Shown piece by piece: positions 48,901 to 61,758 of a DNA stretch of 64,000 nucleotides. The stretch comes from Laetmonice hystrix. Its lineage: Eukaryota. The stretch spans positions 25,856,001-25,920,000 of the forward strand of contig OZ249436.1 in assembly GCA_965235115.1 (NCBI GenBank), in the 5' to 3' direction. A program made the translations under genes and the position numbers. Position 1 is the stretch's first letter; every line of letters starts with the position of its first letter. The notes under the pieces were generated by a model. The model was given only the letters and a program-made list of their open reading frames with translations, had not been told where the DNA came from and made no database searches.

Positions 48901-49889
48901 ACGAAACCACACAATTTGAAAATCCCATCCTCTCCGTAGGGGATGGGAAATACAGAAACCGAAACCAGACAATTTCTAGATCCCATCCCCTTGATAGGGG
49001 ATGGGATAACTAGACCTGTCGTGGATAAAACCACGATGGATCCCATCCCTTGGGGGACATGTCCCTATGACTTATTAGTGAGGTCCTGATTATGACGTGT
49101 GATGTCTCGATACGTATTATGTTGTGGTGTTAATCAAAAGAACATGTCTATGTCTGCCTATTCGTGTTGAATAGTAGCTATGGCTGTATCTTGGAAGGTT
49201 TATGACTAATAGTAAATGTAAATGACGTTATTGTCATATTATGATGTCACCTTACATCGTAAAGCTTGGTGTCAATAATTATTGAAAGAAAGTGCATGAC
49301 TTCCTAGCTCAATAGTAGCCATAGCTGATCTTGCACCGTTTTTGAGTTATAGGCCATAGAAGATAGTAATGACGTCATTATGACGTCATACGATGATATG
49401 TCACGCTACCGGTGGAAGGGGAAGGGGTCACACTACCCCCCCCCCCTCAACTTGGCATGTATTCGCCCCTACCCCAAGTCACATCTTGGCGAAAGCTTTG
49501 TGCCCGCCTCCTACGGCCTAGCAGGCCTAACGGTCACATCCACCCCCTTCTACAGGACATGGGAGAGGGGTCACAAAAGTTTCAAGGGGCCACAATTAGG
49601 GGAAGGGGTCACACTACCCCCCTCCACTTGGCATGTATTCGCCCCTACCCCAAGTCACATCTTGGCGAAAGCTTTGTGCCCACCTCCTACGGCCTACCAG
49701 GCCTAACGGTCACATCCACCCCCTTCTACAGGACATGGGAGAGGGGTCACAAAAGTATCAAGGGGGCACAATTAGGGGAAGGGGTCACACTACCCCCCTC
49801 AACTTGACATGTATTTTGCTCCAACAGTCCACTGCCCGGCCGCCGCCCGGTGTAGCAATGCCAAACTGAATTTTCTTTTCAGATTGATC

Positions 49890-51298
49890 TCTGTTATTAT
49901 TTGAGATCTAAATGCATCATAACAGGTGAATTATAATAGTTTTTGAATCATCAGAAACTACTTAAAAACTACTTAAGTGGTAGGACCCAATGCACCAACG
50001 TCAACAACATATTATCTGAGCCTTTACCTATTACTTGCGGGGTACCTCAAGGCTCAATTCTGGGACCGCTCTTGTTTTTATGTTATGTCAATGACATTTC
50101 TTGGTCGATCCGTAACTCAATGATTAAATTACATGCTGATGACACTATGATTTATACTTCTGGAGAAGATATCAGCTCATTGAGACTTGCTCTCCAAGAT
50201 GACCTTGATGCCCTCTCAAACTGGTGTAGTGAGAACTGTTTAACTATAAATGCTAAGAAGACTAAAGTTATGACATTTGCCTCCCCGCATAAACTCAGGC
50301 ACATCCGTACGCCCACTCTGTCTATAGCTAATACCGTACTGGATTCAGTTCGTGACTATAAATACCTTGGGGTTATACTCGACAGCTCACTTACTTACAA
50401 TAAACATATTTCTAATACAATTCGAAAGTCAAACCACAAGTTGTACCTATTATCTAAAATAAGGACATATCTGACAAGTAACGCCAGCCTTAAGGTGTAT
50501 AAAGCGATGGTCCTTCCTTATTTAGAGTATGGTGACAGTCTATATGGCGGTGCAAACATGACGCTTCTGAATAAGCTCCAACGAATTCAGAATCGAGGAC
50601 TTAGGTTATGTCTGAACCTTCCCAATGAAACCAGCACACTAGAAGTTCACCACAAAGCTAAGTTAAACCTACTAAAGGATAGAAGAGAATCTCACCTATT
50701 GAATATTATGTACCACAGAAGTTGCGATCCTGCGTTTGTCGACAATAGAGCACTACATACCAGGCTCCATGTTAATAAGACCCTGCTAGTCCCCCGTCCT
50801 AACTCAAACTCGTTTAAAAGGAGTGTTTGTTACAGGGGTGCTACGATGTGGAATCAGATGGAAGCACACCTAAAACAGATTCCAAACGCTAAAAGCTTTA
50901 AATATGCCCAAAAAAGGATCCTAAGATCCAAACTGGTGTGATTGTCTTATGGTCAATTAATCAGCTTAGCACTGTTTCATGATGGCACGCTTCGTGAATC
51001 ATTCACATCACATCTCATCACATCTCATATACAACCGTCATTTTTGTAAAATTTGATTCTGAATGTATACAGAATGTATGTATATATGTATATAGCGTTT
51101 CGTTTATTATGGATACATAGACCAATTTATTCCACTAAAGTGTAATGGTAGTAGTGTCGTTGCCTTCAGCCAAATATCTGTACTCCTACTTGCATTGTTA
51201 GAACGTCGTGCTGGACGGTTTTGAAAACCGGTACTCATTCATTCTGTACCGAAAACTTCTCCAGGGTAAATAAACGAATTAAAAAAAAAAAAAAAAAA
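49890..51298 (+). mobile_element. 5'-truncated LINE (CR1/L2 group)
   Basis: RT C-terminal ORF, 3' UTR, AATAAA at 51269 and A18 tail at 51281-51298. Confidence 0.85.
49943..50941 (+). pseudogene. Reverse transcriptase C-terminal fragment
   Basis: GVPQGSILGPLLFLCYVND, LHADDT (variant of YADD), YKYLGVILD, LQRIQNRGLR. Confidence 0.9.
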
Positions 51299-54200
51299 GA
51301 TTCGGACAACCGGTCATGAAATTACAGATAATTGCGTGCGGCTATTTCAGCCCTGTAGGAGAAAAGGTAAAGCATAGCCATAGGGCTATAAGGGGGAAAC
51401 TGTCTCAATAAATGGCACTATCATTAGGCCCTTTATTAATTAGAGCCCACAGAACAGTTCACCATCGTCTAGTCTCCAGGCTAGAAAATTTCACTTGACT
51501 TGCTCCCCTTCATTTCATGTCATTTTATGATGCCTAAATATTCGATGATTTAAAATTCGGACGGTGTAGAAAAATTTGAAGGTGCAAAGGTGTCCGTATC
51601 CATGGCAACGCACAGGAACCTCACTATTTTTAGGGTGTCTCAAAAAAACGAACATATCTCATTGCCCTATGCTCAGATGTAAGGATGTGATACCTCATGT
51701 GAAAGAGCTCACAGAGTACATTCAACATATCAAGATATAAACGGCAGAGTAACAACAGGAAATCAAAATCAACATCTTCATTAGCTGCACGAGTCCAACT
51801 AGGATAACTATCCCCGGTAAATTAACTCCCGATCTCCCGACCGTCGACTTGGCGGGATTGTGACGGAGCGGTGCCCGTAAACAAACGCGGTAACGCTCGG
51901 AACCACGCAACATCAACGAACAACAACGCTGTTTATTAATAGATTAAACAACAGATGTACTATAATTATACATCAATCGAAAGAGAAGATGTTGAGGAAA
52001 ACGATGGTTACGTGCGCGTCAAATGCGCACTTCGTTATCGGCAAAATATTTGCGCCTAAACCCGACAAACGATCGTCTCTCCAAACATACCTTGGACAGC
52101 ACCATGATTCTGATACCGGTGAAATGCGCTTCTCGAACTCTGATTGGTTGTAAAATACTGTCCCAATATGTTAATTTCCGAAAGAGCAGGACCGCACTGC
52201 AGCGACCCCTAGAGTAAACAAACGCCGGCCGAAAACTGAACCCAACACGCTGACAGTGACAGAGCGGCAGCCAAGGTTGGCTTCGCGCGGTCGTGGCGAT
52301 GCAGACGTTGCGGTCTATCACGAAAGAATCTCTGCGCATTAGATATGCTTCTGTGCAGATAAGTGACAGATTAAGCCCCACTATTAACAGTTTTGTATAA
52401 ATAAACACAAAATATGGATGTTAGCTAGATCTGCAATGCCATGTCAATGCCGACTGCCGGCAGTGGCCTAGGCCCAGGGCCTGTCACTGGGTGGGCGCTC
52501 CCGACGTCACAATTTCCCCTTCTTACCGTCACAATGTTTGGCATTGTCCAGTCACATCTAGGCGAAAGCTTTGTGCCCGCCTCCTACGGCCTACCAGGCC
52601 TAACGGTCACATCCACCCCCTTCTACAGGACATGGGAGAGGGGTCACAAAAGTTTCAAGGGGGCACAATTAGGGGAAGGGGTCACACTACCCCTCTCAAC
52701 TTGACATGTATTCGCCCCTACCCCAAGTCACATCTTGGCGAAAGCTTTGTGCCCGCCTCCTACGGCCTAGCAGGCCTAACGGTCACATCCACCCCCTTCT
52801 ACAGGACATGGGAGAGGGGTCACAAAAGTTTCAAGGGGCCACAATTAGGGGAAGGGGTCACACTACCCCCCTCAACTTGGCATGTATTCGCCCCCACCCC
52901 AAGTCACATCTTGGCGAAAGCTTTGTGCCCGCCTCCTACGGCCTAGCAGGCCTAACGGTCACATCCACCCCCTTCTACAGGACATGGGGGAGGGGTCACA
53001 AAAGTTTCAAGGGGCCACAATTAGGGGAAGGGGTCACACTACCCCCCTCAACTTGGCATGTATTCGCAACTACCCCAAGTCACATCTTGGCGAAAGCTTT
53101 GTGCCCGCCTCCTACGGCCTAGCAGGCCTAACGGTCACATCCACCCCCTTTTACAGGACATGGGAGAGGGGTCACAAAAGTTTCAAGGGGGCACAATTAG
53201 GGGAAGGGGTCACACGACCCCTCTCAACTTGACATGTATTCGCCCCTACCCGAAGTCACATCTTGGCGAAAGCTTTGTGCCCGCCTCCTACGGCCTAGCA
53301 GGCCTAACGGTCACATCCACCCCCTTTTACAGGACATGGGAGAGGGGTCACAAAAGTTTCAAGGGGGCACAATTAGGGGAAGGGGTCACACGACCCCTCT
53401 CAACTTGACATGTATTCGCCCCTACCCGAAGTCACATCTTGGCGAAAGCTTTGTGCCCGCCTCCTACGGCCTAGCAGGCCTAACGGTCACATCCACCCCC
53501 TTCTACAGCACATGGGAGAGGGGTCACAAAAGTTTCAAGGAGCCACAATTAGGGGAAGGGGTCACACTACCCCCCTCAACTTGGCATGTATTCGCCCCTA
53601 CCCCAAGTCACATCTTGGTGAAAGCTTTGTGCCCGCCTTCTACGGCCTAGCAGGCCTAACGGTCACATCCACCCCCTTCTACAGGACATGGGAGAGGGGT
53701 CACAAAAGTTTCAAGGGGCCACAATTAGGGGAAGGGGTCACACTACCCCCCCCCCCCTCAACTTGGCATGTATTCACCCCTACCCCGAGTCACATCTTGG
53801 CGAAAGCTTTGTGCCCGCCTCCTACGGCCTAGCAGGCCTAACGGTCACATCCACCCCCTTCTACAGGACATGGGAGAGGGGTCACAAAAGTTTCAAGGGG
53901 CCACAATTAGGGGAAGGGGTCACACTACCCCCCTCCACTTGGCATGTATTCGCCCCTACCCCAAGTCACATCTTGGCGAAAGCTTTGTGCCTGCCTCCTA
54001 CGGCCTACCAGGCCTAACGGTCACATCCACCCCCTTCTACAGGACATGGGAGAGGGGTCACAAAAGTTTCAAGGGGCCACAATTAGGGGAAGGGGTCACA
54101 CTACCCCTCTCAACTTGACATGTATTCGCCCCTACCCCAAGTCACATCTTGGCGAAAGCTTTGTGCCCGCCTCCTACGGCCTAGCAGGCCTAACGGTCAC

Positions 54201-55299
54201 ATCCACCCCCTTCTACAGGACATGGGAGAGGGGTCACAAAAGTTTCAAGGGGCCACAATTAGGGGAAGGGGTCACACTACCCCCCTCAACTTGGCATGTA
54301 TTCGCCCCTACCCCAAGTCACATCTTGGCGAAAGCTTTGTGCCTGCCTCCTACGGCCTAGCAGGCCTAACGGTCACATCCACCCCCTTCTACAGGACATG
54401 GGGGAGGGGTCACAAAAGTTTCAAGGGGCCACAATTAGGGGAAGGGGTCACACTACCCCCCTCAACTTGGCATGTATTCGCCCGTACCCCAAGTCACATC
54501 TTGGCGAAAGCTTTGTGCCCGCCTCCTACGGCCTAGCAGGCCTAACGGTCACATCCACCCCCTTCTACAGCACATGGGAGAGGGGTCACAAAAGTTTCAA
54601 GGAGCCACAATTAGGGGAAGGGGTCACACTACCCCCCTCAACTTGGCATGTATTCGCCCCTACCCCAAGTCACATCTTGGCGAAAGCTTTGTGCCCGCCT
54701 CCTACGGCCTAGCAGGCCTAACGGTCACATCCACCCCCTTCTACAGGATATGGGAGAGGGGTCACAAAAGTTTCAAGGGGCCACAATTAGGGGAAGGGGT
54801 CACACTGCCCCCCTCAACTTGGCATGTATTTTGCTCCAACAGTCTAGTCACATCTAGGTGAAAGCTTTGTGCCCGCCTCCTACGGCCTACCAGGCCTAAC
54901 GGTCACATCCACCCCCTTCTACAGGACATGGGAGAGGGGTCACAAAAGTTTCAAGGGGCACAATTAGGGGAAGGGGTCACACTACCCCCCTCAACTTGAC
55001 ATCTGTGTCGCCCTACAGCTCAGTCACATCTAGACGGTCACGATCTCTGATGTTGTAGTGCACTTGTACACAACAGCCGTAAGATTTATAGTAGTTAAGT
55101 CACTGACTCTTTGTACCTATCAAGATGATGATAACTTCAAATATCAAAGACTCCAGGGAAGAAGAGTACAACCTGTCTTGTTTCAGGAATACAGATTGTC
55201 TTATAAATACAACTAGACCTCCATATTGCAGGCAATCAGGTATTCCATTCTTCTATGGATGTATCTAGAAAGGCTGTGTAAGGCATGAAAGAAAGTTAA

Positions 55300-58240
55300 C
55301 TATACCAGTAATGAACGTAGGGTACCAAGAGAAATTATTGATTAATGATTTCACCTGCATATATACTGCATGCATCACAGTGGAACTGATTCTTGTCTTC
55401 AAGAAGGAACAAATTGGTTAAATCGCTACTTCTTCCCCATTTTTTGATAAATCTTAACAATATTTCACAGAAGCACTCTCTAGGGACAGCTCCACCAGAT
55501 TCCTAGGCGGATAAGCGATTTGACCTATTTTCGCTGAACCACGTGACCTGAAAGTTTTGAACTTGGGCTTGACTTGGGTCATTTGGAAGACTATGTGCTA
55601 TAACTCTTGAATGATTTGAGTCAGAGCCATAATTTTTAATGAATCTTATATAGGTTTATGTCCTCTTTGATTATCTCTTCATTAATTTGGTACGTCTCAA
55701 GTACGGAACGATAAGCTCAGCCCTTTAATATTTACACAGTGTGGACTTTAAACTATCTACTTTAAGATATTACAAATTTCAATTGGCAAAATCTGTCGGC
55801 AGCTGCTAGTGGCCCACTAGTGGCGTGACCAGCTGGTAGCTGTTGCTTTGTTGGCCCACCGGGTGTAGATAGCCCAACGGCTACCAGCTGGTCAGGCCAC
55901 GGCTGCCGACATGGCACTGGTGCTTTGATGGGTGGCCAACGTTGGCCCATCGGTGGCTAGATCGACACCAGTGGCAGTGGGCCAACGGCTACCAGCTGGT
56001 CACACCACCAGTGGGCCACCAACGGCTGCTTTGATGGGTGGCCCAACAGTGGGCCATCGGCTGTGACAGCCTGTGTGCACTCTAACACTGCGCTACGACG
56101 TTTACTGCTTCCTTTACTATTGATTTCATACTAATCATAGATAGATATAGATAGATATGTAGAAATTTGGGGTACCTCTTTATCCCACCACCGGGGACTA
56201 ACTAGTGCCGCGGACTACCGAAGATCACCGAAGATGGGAAGCACATATACTTTTTACCGAGGACTACCGAGGACTGCAAGGACCGAGGAGGCAAATATTT
56301 GATTGCATTCAGATCACGGCCTAGGCTAATTAACTTTAAAAATAGGCGCCAGAGGGCTATGCGACTATAGGCGCTACCCCTTGAATTAATCAAGTTGATG
56401 TGGCTGCCCCCATGCAGCTAGCTGGGGAAGATTATGTAGTAGGCCCCTACTGCCTATAGCATGAGTAGGACATCCACCTATTAGGCCAATTTAGGGCCTA
56501 CTATAGGCTATAGAGTCTAGGCAGGCCTCGGCCTATACAAGGGCATGCCCCAGCCCCTATAATAGGGGTAGGTTATAGCACAGATTAGCATACACAAACA
56601 GATTGGAAACGAGATAGGCCGATTTGAAACTTCCGGTTTGCGCCCGTGACCACTAGTGACATCTGGCGACGGGTGAGATAAACTACAATGCGCCTATGGC
56701 AAGTTATGCATGAGCCCGGCTGGGAACGTCCTCAGTCCCATTTTGGACATAGGTTGGTAGCCTAGCGGGAAAATATAGCTACCCTGGGCATCCGAGTACC
56801 GTATTTTTTTTTACACCTGCCACCAAATGCAGGTCATTGTCAGATATGTTGTCCTAAACCTGTCACGCCATGCTTTTCCTATGGAGGGCGTTTAGTTTAT
56901 CTCCTCCGACGCATGGTGTCGCCACTGACAAATCACTGAATTGTGACGCCATCTTTGTTTCACGTCATTACTATGGCCGTTTCCAATCTGTTTGTGTATG
57001 GTAATCTGTGGTTTTAGGGAACCCCAGTAACTCACGCCAAAGTGCGTGAAAACGCGTGAAAACGGCGCAGTGGTGTCACCCTATTATCGCTTAACATAGG
57101 AGCAGATAGGACGTCTGTATTCAACCCATGACTACACTTGCTGGGGTGACTATTTTGATCAGAAAGGAGGGTTAGACTGTGAAACAGAATGTAGGAAAGG
57201 CTTAGAAAAATGTTCGGTGCCCTAGCAAACTCTTAGATATTTTAAAATCAATTGATTAGAATTAAAATCGAGAGACCCAATCAGCGACGTCAGGAACAAT
57301 GCACAATAGCGCTACGTCACAATGGTCATTTGGAATGTGATCACAACGGGTCTAAATAGTAATGGCGGACGGTGCTTCGCTTCGCCAGTTCAAACGTCTC
57401 TAACTGCTAAAATACACAAGGAAGAATGTTGAAACGTGACATAGGGGGATAAAATATTGAACCAAACAATGTCACTGACTTAGAATTGTATAGCAAGGTC
57501 CCCCCTTTCTTAATTCAAGCACTGTCATCGCCGGAGATCGGTGAAGTTTGTGACGTTACAATTTCGTACCCTCGTAATCTGACAGTTTTTCCGTAATTCT
57601 TGAAAAGATTAAGTAACAGATGTGAATGCCATATACTTTTATAGATCGAGGATTACTGTAAAATTCGGTCTGGATAGATTCTAAAATTAAGAGTTGTGGT
57701 TTAGTATTTCTAATGGGCCGTTTTTATTGGGGCCTGCTTGACCCAAGCCAAAGTCAATGAGTGGGCGATAATGGACTGACACCATGCGACTGCGCATGTC
57801 CGAGACTTTGGTTCCCTATAGAATCTATCATTAAGTGACTTGTGTTACCGTCTTTTCCGCCTAGCGGCAGCACTATCAACTCAGTCCCCTTGGGCCACAT
57901 TATTATGACGTTAGATAGGTCAACAAAATCCTAATCTATCGCTGGGTGCCGTAGTGCTATTTGTTATAAAATATTATATTATTAAATGCTAAGAGGAAGT
58001 CGTACTCTTTCGACACCATATTTAGGTCACGTGACCTATGACGCCACAAAGATGTCACAAAGATTTTCTCAGGGCTATAACTTCTATATGGTGGATGTAT
58101 ACAGATGCATGTATAGAGAGTCTTTTTCTAATAACTATCATTACGATGACATTTAAAGCATTAATAACGTCACCATGCTTTATCGTTCCTTGTCAGGGGA
58201 AGGGATCCGTGTATTGCTTCAGCAATCAGTCGGGCTAGTT
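55300..58240 (+). mobile_element. Inverted, interrupted HINE copy of the 36755-48820 subfamily
   Basis: 55420-55785 is the reverse complement of ~48005-48435; ends GGGGAAGGGATCC-hairpin-GGGCTAGTT at 58240, the reverse complement of 36753-36800. Confidence 0.7.
56577..57012. mobile_element. MITE with ~33-bp TIRs
   Basis: CACAGATTAGCATACACAAACAGATTGGAAACG / CGTTTCCAATCTGTTTGTGTATGGTAATCTGTG. Confidence 0.75.
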
Positions 58241-60208
58241 TGACATTGCAGGAAGCTGGGGAGAGTCAACTCCATGACTTCTAACGAAAATGCCCTAATT
58301 AAAATATTTTAATCAAAATTTTGCTCTGCTGATACATGTTTTAAAATGTTTCCATAGCAGACTAAAAAATAATTTCACTTTAACCTATCTCAATTTTCTT
58401 TTAATATCCAAGCAAAAATGTCACTAAAATTATAGAAACCCTCACCTCTAGAATGGTTTTCCTGGCGATTTGATCCCTTTGATGCCAAACAAACTGTGCC
58501 AGAACGGGCGCACTTGGCCAGATATACATGCCATAACTGGGTTCCACTATCTGTGGAGAAAAGAAAACTTGCATCTTTCAGTCATTGTCAAGTTACTGAG
58601 CACACAGATCAACAATGCATAAATGATTTCTGATTTGCTGGAGTGGTACATTTTATGATGAAGAATGGTAGAGTGAGTGAGAAGTGGTGGTACGACTTAT
58701 TGAACATCTTCAGCAAAAACAAGGTTTAGAACATTGCACAATAAAAGGGACCTGTCACAATTTTCATGGGAAGCCAATTCTGTTTGTTTATGGTTGGTGT
58801 CGGGTTAATGACCACTGTTGGTCAGAGCTTACATCCCTACTTCTTCCTCAATTTTTATTAAAATTTTATGAAATTGCACAGGGGTGGTCTCTAACGAGAG
58901 CTTCAAAGGACTCTTTGCTACAATTGATTTGAACAGTGGTCAATATAGACATATGCCTATAACTAAGAAACGGTGCCATATAGGGCCATAGTTACTATTG
59001 AACACGAAGAGGAAGGGATACATGTTCTTTCTATTGACACCAACATTTATTAGGTATCGTGAAGGATGACGTCATAATGACGTCATCGGTATCTTCTATG
59101 GCCTATAAATGAAAAACGGTGCAAGATAGGGCCATAGTTACTATTGAACATGAATAGGAAGTCATAGATGCTCTTTCACTGGACACCAAGATTCATGACG
59201 TAGCGTGACGTATGATGTCATAATGACGTCATTGGTATCTTCTATGGTCTATAACTCAAAAACGGTGCAAGATAGGACCAAAGTTACTATTGAACACGAA
59301 TAGGAAGTTTTAAGGATGTAGCGTGACGTATGACGTTGGTATTTTCTATGGCCTATTAGTAACTCGTTCCTCGTCACACTCCACTTCATCAAGAACGACA
59401 AAGGTTAGTTCTCCAATGCTCCAATAGGTGGCTCAGTTGGCAGGTGGCAGCACTGCAGTGACCACATGTTTTGATGGCATGTTCAGAGTGCTCTGGTGTG
59501 AACGTTTTAGCACATAGAGGGTTAATGAGGCAAAAAGCCTTCTTCATCATGAATAGCAGAGATACAGAGGAACATAATAAAACAAGTTTCACTGAAATCC
59601 ATAGGGGGTGCACTGAGATAGGGCCAAATGAAAATTGCCTAAAATCACGTTCTTGCCATAAAAAGCACCACCTATGCAAAAGCGCCCTAACTAAGCCACC
59701 ACCATTTATGCAAATTTGGAAAGAACTAGTCCCAGTGTATCCAAATATGCAGGGCCAAATGAAAATTGCCTAAAATCACGTTCTTATTTTTGTATAATTA
59801 TGTTTGTGTAGGTACAAGTGGTCAGGGTAAGGCTTTCCTGGCAGAAAGTGATAGATTTCAAACTATATTTATAATAATATAAAAAGCCTGACATTGTTGT
59901 AAGGTACGACTAGAGTATGAACCTTGGTAAACTATCTATATGTTATCAGGAAGGGTCAGTCACTGGACAGTCCAGCTGGCCGGCTTTAGGTACAAGGATC
60001 AAAACGTGACAATAGATTATCTGGAAGGAACGGTCAGAGTACACCTAAGGGTTTGAGACCATGTTCACATTTTATTGTTTATATTTAACATAGAGGGCGC
60101 TGTTGTTATTATATTGAACTCTGTGATATTACCAGGTTTAAGCCACTAGATGGCACTGTTGTTCACAATATAAACACACCTTAATTTACAGTGATCATGA
60201 GTGATCTG

Positions 60209-61758
60209 GGGGGGCGTTGCACTAACGGTCCTAGGACCGGATTTAGGACCAGTCCTACGTAGGACTGGTCCTACCCGAAGTGGGGTGTTGCACTAACGGT
60301 CCTTGATCCTCCCATAGGACCGGTCCTAAAGGAGTCCATAGGAGTGCCTAAATGTGGTCCTACAAATTTGGAGTGTTGCACTAAACAAAATCTTCCTACG
60401 TAGGAACGAAAATCGGTCCTAAATCTAGGACTGCTTCAGACCTGTCATACCTGCTGTAGGACCGTGGTCTGCAGATGGTTTTGGGGTAATTTAAACATCC
60501 CCACTGCAAAGCACTTGCCCAAAGTCATGCTGCGTGCGTTGAATCTAATCTAGAATAATGTCAGTGACAGCGGACTGTCAATCTGTGCTGCCAAAGCGAT
60601 GTTTCAGCTGAAAAATACAGCTTTCACTTAAACCTGCAGATTTGAACAATTGACACCCACCTGATGATAGCTAACTGTCTAAAACATCCAACAACAGACA
60701 ACATTTAATTCCAATTCTTTAGACTGCTTCATAAAGTCGACCTGTCATCGCGAAGCGACAGTAAACAAACATGGCGGATATGGGCCAGCTTGCAACGTCA
60801 AAATCGGTCCCAGTTTCCATGGTCACGGTGCAAAGTTTGCGTCAAAGCCTGCCGTAGGAGTGAAATGTAGGACCGCCGTAGGACTGGTTTAGTGCAACAC
60901 CTTTTGGGACTACCTCAGTCCTACAATTTCAGTCCTAGGACTGGTCCTACGTAGTCCAGTCCTATGTTAGTGCAACGAGCCCCAGGGGGGCGTTGCACTA
61001 ACGGTCCTAGGACCGGATTTAGGACCAGTCCTACGTAGGACTGGTCCTACCCGAAGTGGGGTGTTGCACCAACGGTCTTTGATCCTCCCATAGGACCGGT
61101 CCTACGTAGGAGTGCCTAAAATGTGGTCCTACAAATTTGGGGTGTTGCACTAAACAAAATCTTCCTACGTAGGAACGAAAATCGGTCCTAAATCTAGGAC
61201 TGCTTCAGACCTGTCCTACCTGCTGTAGGACCGTGGTCTGCAGATGGTTTTGGGGTAATTTAAACATCCCCACTGCAAAGCACTTGCCCAAAGTCATGCT
61301 GCGTGCGCTAAATCTAATCTAGACTAGTGTCAGTGACAGCAGACTGTCAATCTGTGCGGCCAAAGCGATGTTTCAGCTGAAAAATACAGCTTTCACTTAA
61401 ACCTGCAGATTTGAACAATTGACACCCACCTGATGATAGCTAACTGTCTAAAACATCCAACAACAGACAACATTTAATTCCAATTCTTTAGACTGCTTCA
61501 TAAAGTTGACCTGTCATCGCGAAGCGACAGTAAACAAACATGGCGGATATGGGCCAGCTCGCAACGTCAAAATCGGTCCCAGTTTCCATGGTCACGGTGC
61601 AAAGTTTGCGTCAAAGCCTGCTGTAGGAGTGAAATGTAGGACCGCCGTAGGACTGGTTTAGTGCAACACCTTTTTGGACTGGTCCTACCTCAGTCCTACA
61701 ATTTCAGTCCTAGGACTGGTCCTACGTAGGACCAGTCCTATGTTAGTGCAACGAGCCC
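60209..61758. mobile_element. Two tandem PIF/Harbinger-type MITEs (60209-60982 and 60986-61758)
   Basis: TIR GGGGGCGTTGCACTAAC / GTTAGTGCAACGAGCCC; CTG, CAG, CTG (CWG) flanking triplets; near-identical ~773-bp bodies. Confidence 0.85.

Larger units (their letters stand above)
1..49390 (-). mobile_element. Head-to-tail/nested array of about 11 non-autonomous Helentron/HINE (DINE-1-like) elements forming the backbone of the region
   Basis: Recurrent 3' end read on the minus strand as GGGATGGGATC-hairpin-CTAGTT (ctag at 1174, 5361, 9379, 11144, 17766, 19524, 24480, 36755, 49010). Recurrent palindromic 5' end ATCCCATCCCC-N4/6-GGGGATGGGAT (ending ~1171, 5355, 19512, 22274, 24477, 36681, 36749, 48820-49007). 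(ACT)n microsatellite next to the 5' end, internal tandem core repeats, AA/TT junctions without TSD. Confidence 0.8.
49830..52546. mobile_element. Composite insertion in the satellite, CMC/CACTA-like termini
   Basis: CACTGCC ... GGCATTG ends with 2-bp TC duplication; uninterrupted equivalent near 54835-54858. Confidence 0.55.
49415..55030. repeat. 176-bp GC-rich satellite (~2.3 copies, then insertion, then ~14 copies from 52549)
   Basis: Unit GTATTCGCCCCTACCCCAAGTCACATCTTGGCGAAAGCTTTGTG... with period 176 (52706, 52882, 53058, 53234, 53410). Confidence 0.97.

Noticed and set aside
48764..49007. Four short palindromic repeats resembling a CRISPR array
   Set aside because: No unique spacers or cas genes, eukaryotic context; the units are HINE terminal modules
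52441..54861. Series of overlapping 110-150-aa ORFs
   Set aside because: Translations of the 176-bp satellite shifting frame each unit; no protein motif
57015..57818. Possible MITE bounded by TAGGGAACC / GGTTCCCTA
   Set aside because: A 9-bp match with no second copy or empty site in the window
58240..60200. Possible host exons in less repetitive sequence
   Set aside because: Short ORFs with no recognisable domain or consistent splice structure; cannot be supported
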